Part shown: in pieces, positions 57,470 through 64,000 of the stretch
How positions within the stretch are numbered: the first letter of the stretch is position 1
Layout of the letters: every line of letters starts with the position of its first letter
Source of the DNA: Macrostomum lignano
Taxonomy: Eukaryota
Direction: 5' to 3'
NCBI GenBank assembly: GCA_002269645.1
Contig: NIVC01000273.1
Location: 62,001 to 126,000, forward strand
DNA length: 64,000 nucleotides
Translations under genes and position numbers: made by a program
Notes under the pieces: model-generated
The model's database searches: none
Told to the model about the DNA's origin: nothing
Seen by the model: only the letters and a program-made list of their open reading frames with translations

Positions 57470-59230
57470 AGCTTCAAGACACAGATGACAGCTTCAGAAC
57501 AGAGATTACAGCTTCAGGACAGAGATTACAGCTTCAGGACAGAGATGACAGCTTCAGGACAGAGATTACAGCTTAAGAACAGAGATTACAGCTTCAGGAC
57601 AGAGATTACAGCTTCAGGACAGAGATTACAGCTTCAGGACAGAGATGACAGCTTCAGGACAGAGATGACAGCTTCAGGACAGAGATTACAGCTTAAGAAC
57701 AGAGATTACAGCTTCAGGACAGAGATTACAGCTTCAGGACAGAGATTACAGCTTAAGGACAGAGATTACAGCTTCAGGACAGAGATTACAGCTTCAGGAC
57801 AGAGATTACAGCTTAAGAACAGAGATTACAGCTTCAGGACAGAGATTACAGCTTTAGGACAGAGATTACAGCTTTAGGACAGAGACTTCAGCTTCAGGAC
57901 AGAGACTTCAGCTTTAGGACAGAGATGACAGCTTCAGGACAGAGATGACAGTTTCAGGACAGAGATTACAGCTTCAGGACAGAGATTACAGCTTCAGGAC
58001 AGAGATTACAGCTTCAGGACAGAGATTACAGCTTCAGGACAGAGATTACAGCTTCAGGACAGAGATGACAGCTTCAGGACAGAGATGACAGCTTCAGGAC
58101 AGAGATTACAGCTTCAGGACAGAGATTACAGCTTTAGGACAGAGATTACAGCTTCAGGACAGAGATGACAGCTTCAGGACAGAGATGACAGCTTCAGGAC
58201 AGAGATTACAGCTTCAGGACAGAGATTACAGCTTCAGGACAGAGATTACAGCTTCAGGACAGAGACTGCAGCTTCAGGACAGAGATGACAGCTTCAGGAC
58301 AGAGATGACAGCTTCAGGACAGAGATTACAGCTTCAGGACAGAGATTACAGCTTCAGGACAGAGACTGCAGCTTTAGGACAGAGATGACAGCTTCAGGAC
58401 ACAGATGACAGCTTCAGGACAGAGATGACAGCTTCAGGACAGAGATTACAGCTTCAGGACAGAGATGACAGCTTCAGGACAGAGATTACAGCTTCAAGAC
58501 AGAGATTACAGCTTCAGGACAGAGATGACAGTTTCAGGACAGAGATTACAGCTTCAGGACAGAGATTACTGCTTCAGGACAGAGATTACTGCTTCAGGAC
58601 AGAGATTACAGCTTCAGGACAGATTACTGCTTCAGGACAGAGATGACAGTTTCAGGACAGAGATTACAGCTTCAGGACAGAGATTACAGTTTCAGGACAG
58701 AGATGACAGCTTCAGGACAGAGATGACAGTTTCAGGACAGAGATTACAGCTTCAGGACAGAGATTACAGCTTCAGGACAGAGATTACAGCTTCAGGACAG
58801 AGATGACAGCTTCAGGACAGAGATGACAGTTTCAGGACAGAGATTACAGCTTCAGGACAGAGATGACAGCTTCAGGACAGAGATGACAGCTTCAGGACAG
58901 AGATGACAGCTTCAGGACAGAGACTGCAGCTTCAGGACAGAGATTACAGCTTCAGGACAGAGATTACAGCTTCAGGACAGAGACTGCAGCTTCAGGACAG
59001 AGATTACAGCTTCAGGACAGAGACTGCAGCTTCAGGACAGAGATTACAGCTTCAGGACAGAGATTAGGATTACAGCTTCAGGACAAGAGTTAAAGGTTCA
59101 GGATCGGACAATAATTTGCATCTTCAGGACAAGGATTATAGTTTCAGGACAATAACTGCAGCTTCAGAACAGAGATTACAGCTTCAGGACAAGAGTTACA
59201 GCTTCAGAACAGCAATTGCACTTTAAGGAC
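57470..59230. repeat. 20-bp minisatellite (CAGCTTCAGGACAGAGATTA)n
   Basis: About 85 copies with ATTA/ATGA/ACTG variants. Confidence 0.97.
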
Positions 59231-59431
59231 AAAGTGGCAGCTTCAAGGAGGGAGTACAGCTTCAGAAAAATGATTGCTTTATTCTACTACTATGAGTAGC
59301 AAAAGCGGGTAACTAGCTCGTATATCTCAGTTTCATTTATCAGTTCAGCAGCTTCACAACTCCGAGAAATGACAGCTTATTGAGTGCACACTTCATAGTG
59401 CAAACGCATCCGGTTACAAAAGCGCGCCACC

Positions 59432-60196
59432 TCAGAACACGGACTGGCACTCGCAGACGAATCGACGGTTCCGATGGCAGCGTGTATCGTCCTGCCCACC
59501 GGACGAAAAACCGCTGTAGAGGCTGGCGCAGGCAGACGGTGCGTCCGTATTCGGCTCCCCGGAGTGCCAGACGGTCGGGTCAACGGGCAGCTGGCAGGCC
59601 GTCCAGAACCAGTTCGATTTGTTTCTGGGCTGCTCAGCGCGCCCTCCGATGAAGAAGCTGCTGGAGCTGGCGATTCGGTGCTGCAGCAGCTGCAGGTACT
59701 CGGCTTCGTCTCGGTCGATTGCGTCAGCGAACTTGGACAGTCCGGGATCCGAGCTGCAGCTGTGGCTGGCAGCGCTCCAGGTGGCAGCACCCGCGGTGAC
59801 CAGCTTGTAGGAGGTGCCGTACCTGGCATTCCGGTATCCGGGCGGGCACAGGTGGCCCGGAGGCACGCCAGGCAGAGACCTCACATACACAGTCACCTGG
59901 TTGGTGCAGTTCGGCACCGACTGCACGCGGTGGCTGCACTTGTCGAACTCGAACAGCCTGCACTGGCAGGCACCGCTGCTCCTCACCGTGAAGGCCTGGC
60001 AGCTTCGCTTGTTGGCGCAGGCGTGGCTGCACTCGAGCGGTGAGCACAGACCGGACAGTGTCCGAGTGAAGTCGGAGCTCACGCAGTCCAGCCCAGTGGT
60101 TGGGTGGAAGGCGGCTCTGGGGGAGCTGCAGGACTCGGACAGCAGCTGCGGAGGCGCCGCCCACAGCAGCAGCAGCAGCAGGGCGTGCAGCAGCAT
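59432..60196 (-). CDS. Secreted PAN/apple-domain plus C-type lectin protein, about 254 aa, single exon
   Basis: Signal peptide MLLHALLLLLLWAA; apple-like C..ECSHACANKRSCQAF..C.C; CTLD CPPGY..SYK..TWSAASHSC..FFIGG..WFW..WHSGEPN..C..DDTRC..FVCE. Confidence 0.88.
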   Translation of the reverse strand: MLLHALLLLLLWAAPPQLLSESCSSPRAAFHPTTGLDCVSSDFTRTLSGLCSPLECSHACANKRSCQAFTVRSSGACQCRLFEFDKCSHRVQSVPNCTNQVTVYVRSLPGVPPGHLCPPGYRNARYGTSYKLVTAGAATWSAASHSCSSDPGLSKFADAIDRDEAEYLQLLQHRIASSSSFFIGGRAEQPRNKSNWFWTACQLPVDPTVWHSGEPNTDAPSACASLYSGFSSGGQDDTRCHRNRRFVCECQSVF

Positions 60197-60549
60197 TCTG
60201 GCAGCTTTGGCTTGAGACCAGTTGGGACCCGCAAAATTCAGTTCCAAGCTCCCCTGAGTCCAATGCGGAGCAAAGCAGCGCGCAGCTCTGGCTTAAACAG
60301 AGTCGTAGCTATTTATTCTGAGCTACTGAGCTGCAGCTCGGGATGCTGACATGCTGACGAGAGTGAGACAGCAGAGGCCTTTCAGCTCACTGCTCCGGCG
60401 GCATCAGGTATCCGGCCCAGAGCGCAACCGTTTTTACTCGTAACAGCTGGAGTTGCAAGCAGCAAGCAGCTCTGCAAACAAGTCGTGTACGAGCCCGTTA
60501 AGCCGCGGGCTTAACGCCTCATGTCCTCTGTTCCGCATGGAGTTTCGTT

Positions 60550-61460
60550 GCAGTCAAATCGAGTTTTCATGGCCTGCTGAGCAAATTGCCAACTGCAAAA
60601 AGTATTTTGAATCACGTGGACCAACGCGAACCCCTACTGTTCCTTTGCTTTCATCTTTGCTGAATTGGCTAATTTTGCTACGAAAATAACTTTTCTGCGT
60701 TAAAAGAATATTATTTTCTGGCGTGAGTGACACTCGATACCGCAGTGACAAAGCTGTCAGAAATTGAAGAATCGCTCGAGGCGGAATTCAAGACGCGCAG
60801 CAACCGGCTTTGGACTCTGATTTGCCGCCTCTTGGATGCAAGCAAACAAAGCTTGGCATGGCAAATATGTGAAACCCAAAATTTCTGTTGTTTGGTTGCA
60901 TGAGGCTACCTGCACCCCAACCTGCTTAGCAACGCGATGTAAAGTATTATACTCAGCAACAGCCGGCCCCAAACTCACCCCGGCACAAAATTTAAGCAAT
61001 GTGTGCCTTTAATGCCAGTTTCAGTATCGTGTCTCCTGGCATCCTGATCACCAGCCGTGTGGCAGCATGAGTGGGGGTCATCTGTTACCAAGTACAGTTC
61101 TTCCGCATGCCTCAAAGCCGTCAAACTTGTTCTCGGCTGACTGAGGACTCCGCCCAAGTTCAGTGCTGAAACTCCAGTCAAAGCCAGTAGACCAAAAACA
61201 TAAAGAAAATTTGATGAAGGGAATCCACTATCAAACTGTCAAAGTGAAGTGAGTGAGTGCGAGTGGGGCTGCCATTTTGGCTCCCATATATCCGCACTTT
61301 CACCCAGATAAATAGCATTTTGTTAGTGATGCAGCCCAGTCCAATAATGGCGCGTGGCACAGGTGCCATAGATAATAGCCGTCGAAAGGCAGTCACGTGA
61401 TCAAATTTGTACATTGGGGTGAATGTACATTTGGGGAGCAACTGTGGAATAGTGACCAAA
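60550..61460 (-). pseudogene. Decayed non-LTR retrotransposon reverse transcriptase remnant (tentative)
   Basis: Short frames in expected RT order: FDHV..LL..VPRAII..VKVR..G..T, then LYLVTDD (YADD-like position), then VGVQV..TTEILGF.YL. All are heavily degenerate and judged by eye. Confidence 0.35.
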
Positions 61461-61794
61461 GCTAATTGCCATTGTACAGACAGCTGTATAAAAATTAAAA
61501 AGTTGTGTAGAAAGTCGCAGAGCTGTGGTGTCGTCGGCGACTACAGCTGGCAGACCGCATCATCTGCGCTGAGCCGGCACTGCCAGCAGCCAGTGCAGGC
61601 GGTGCTGCCGCTGATGTGGAAGGCGCCCTACCGACAGGGACAGGCGCGCCCTCCGTTTCGTCGACTGCCACGGATTCGGTCAGCGGTGTGGCCTTCGTTA
61701 TCGACCTGGCCCAGAGGCGCGCCCTGTGACGCTGCATGGTTTCTAAAGACCCTGACAGCGTATTTTTTTAACGACACGAAACTAGTAATGTTAC

Positions 61795-62295
61795 TATGAG
61801 TCAGCTGTCACTGAGTCTGCCTTGACTGTGAGTCAGCTGTCACTGAGTCTGCCTTGACTGTGAGTCAGCTGTCACTGAGTCTGCCTTGACTGTGAGTCAG
61901 CTGTCACTGAGTCTGCCTTGACTGTGAGTCAGCTGTCACTGAGTCTGCCTTGACTGTGAGTCAGCTGTCACTGTGAGTCTGCCTTGACTGTGAGTTTGCC
62001 TTGACTGTGAGTCAGCTGTCACTGAGTCTGCCTTGACTGTGAGTCAGCTGTCACTGAGTCTGCCTTGAATGTGAGTCAGCTGTCACTGTGAGTCTGCCTT
62101 GACTGTGAGTTTGCCTTGACTGTGAGTCAGCTGTCACTGAGTCTGCCTTGACTGTGAGTCAGCTGTCACTGAGTCTGCCTTGACTGTGAGTCAGCTGTCA
62201 CTGAGTCTGCCTTGACTGTGAGTCTGCCTTGACTGTGAGTCTGCCTTGACTGTGAGTCAGCTGTCACTGTGAGTCAGCTGTCACTGTCAGTCAGC
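61795..62295. repeat. 32-bp minisatellite (TGTGAGTCAGCTGTCACTGAGTCTGCCTTGAC)n
   Basis: About 15 copies with internal rearrangements. Confidence 0.95.
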
Positions 62296-62854
62296 TGCCG
62301 CAGAGCCGTTGTCAAGCGGAGTCGTATAAGGCCCCACAGGTCAGTGAAACCGGTCCAGTCCATCATCTGAGAGTAACGCCAGTCTGCTGACAAGAATGAC
62401 AAGTTGATTTCTGCGTAAAATCAGCTTTTCTTATTGCCATTTTTCAACTGATCATTGTTCAATTGTTGAACATCAAGCGAAACAGGAGGCTTGAAGGGTT
62501 CAATCCAAATAAATATTGAAACTCTATAAATACTACTTGAAGTATTAAGAGCCGCGAATATGCGCTGCTCACAAAAGCACTCACTGACTCCTTCTCAGCC
62601 CCGCAGTCAGTAAGCAGGCGAACCCAGTCAGCCCCCCCAGTGCTGCCTTTCACTTCTGCATTTATCGAGGCGATCCCGTTTCCATGGAGATTTTCTATAG
62701 GCCTCGGATTCGGCTGAGCGGGCTTACGCGTGAAACTGCTCAAGCAGCCCGTGTCATTGCCTCATCGACTGGTGAGTAGGTGGGTTTAAAAATGACTGAC
62801 TGAATGAGATGCGAGAAACAATGACTGCTGGTGCGGGGCCGGTGTTACACTTTA

Positions 62855-63160
62855 GACTATCCGGGTTTTTTTGTCTGGCCCGGATATCCGAACGCACTTA
62901 CAATATCCGCCCGGATACTGCCAAGCAAAAACCTGCTTTGTTTTCTCCTTCCCGGATATCTTGAGCTGCTTTGCATTGTCCGGGCACTTTGATTGTCTCT
63001 CCCGGACATCCTACGGCACTGACTCTGCTATCCGGCCCGGAGATCACAAGAAGGGGAAGTTGTCTTGGGATATCCGACTATGGTTTGAAAGAGAGGGGTC
63101 AGCCTGCGTAGACAGAGGTTTGCTTTAGGACATCCGGCTACTGATATCCGGGGTTAGGAA
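62855..63160. mobile_element. Possible MITE remnant with dispersed CCGGATATCC-type motifs in both orientations
   Basis: About 8 occurrences of CCGGATA/TATCCGG variants within 300 bp; clean TIRs and TSD not resolved. Confidence 0.3.
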
Positions 63161-63487
63161 TAGCAAAATTTCGAAATCAATTTTCACAAAGTAGAAAAAA
63201 CTTTTTGCTACTTTTTTAATTGGCAAACATCTGCGTCATTCTTCTTTAACCGAGTATATTTTCAATCACTATTTTGCATTTCACACACTACTCCAAACAG
63301 AAGTAAAATTAAAGCTATTGATACTATACATTGTCAGCCGAAAAACGGTTACTTGATTCACCAATCTACATGTAATTCGATCAATCAAAAACAGGCCATC
63401 CGCTGAATGAAGCGTGAAGTTTTTGCTCTTTTCTCTGATTTTTCTTTTTACGAGCGTAGATTATCTGTGAATAATCTCTCTTTCAAC

Positions 63488-63490
<3 letters not shown>

Positions 63491-63530
<40 letters not shown>
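63491..63530. repeat. (CT)n microsatellite
   Basis: About 19 units. Confidence 0.95.
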
Positions 63531-63532
<2 letters not shown>

Positions 63533-64000
63533 ATACAACATCTCTCTATCAACATACTCGTCGTTCAAAAAAAAACACTTGGTTCAGCGATACTTTATCC
63601 ACCGAGAGATAAATTTTCCTAAACGTAGAACTTTGACAAGAAATAAACTCTATATGTCTTAAAAGTTACGTGTAATATTCTCGTAATTTGCGCAACACTT
63701 TCCTTTGTGGGCTATTAGCTCGTACACTGATCTTCATTGCACGTACGCTTGTAATGCTAGCAATGTGACGCCAGTCCATTATCGATTTATTCTTAGACTG
63801 CATCTCATCTGCCCCTGTCTAAGGTGCAGTCAGGGCCCCTTCCCTGGCCTCTGAGTCAGCCCCATTCTCTCGAAATGATGTCCTGCCCCATTCACATGCG
63901 CTTTATCAGGTAAATAACTTGACCACCTTGCCACCCAAATCTTTATTCACCTGGACAGTTTAAAACCCAGGATATTTCAAAGCCCGATTTTGTTGTGCCT

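Overview
Eukaryotic (metazoan) genomic DNA with GT-AG introns. Exons are GC-rich, and most of the longer introns are largely filled by a minisatellite that differs from intron to intron; many long six-frame ORFs are just open frames through these arrays. The composition and architecture suggest a free-living flatworm such as Macrostomum, but this is inference and unverified. In order, the window holds: two tandem kyphoscoliosis-peptidase/hillarin-like transglutaminase-fold genes plus an orphan fragment of a third (+); a foldback MITE; two copies of a tRNA-headed SINE; a complete 6-exon GRK2/3 kinase gene (-); an RNF144-type RBR E3 ligase (+); an intact, recent CsRn1/Kabuki-like Ty3/gypsy LTR retrotransposon (-) with a clear -1 frameshift signal; a divergent 2-exon class A GPCR (+); a single-exon secreted conotoxin-like knottin precursor (-); a bifunctional membrane-anchored PAM (+); a PAN/apple plus C-type lectin gene (-); and a decayed non-LTR RT remnant. 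The most notable items are the knottin precursor between the GPCR and PAM, the complementary loss of catalytic-triad residues in the two KY-like paralogs, and a candidate micro-gene whose splice sites lie in a perfect inverted repeat. No CRISPR array, rRNA or bona fide tRNA gene was seen. All coordinates and translations were read by eye.
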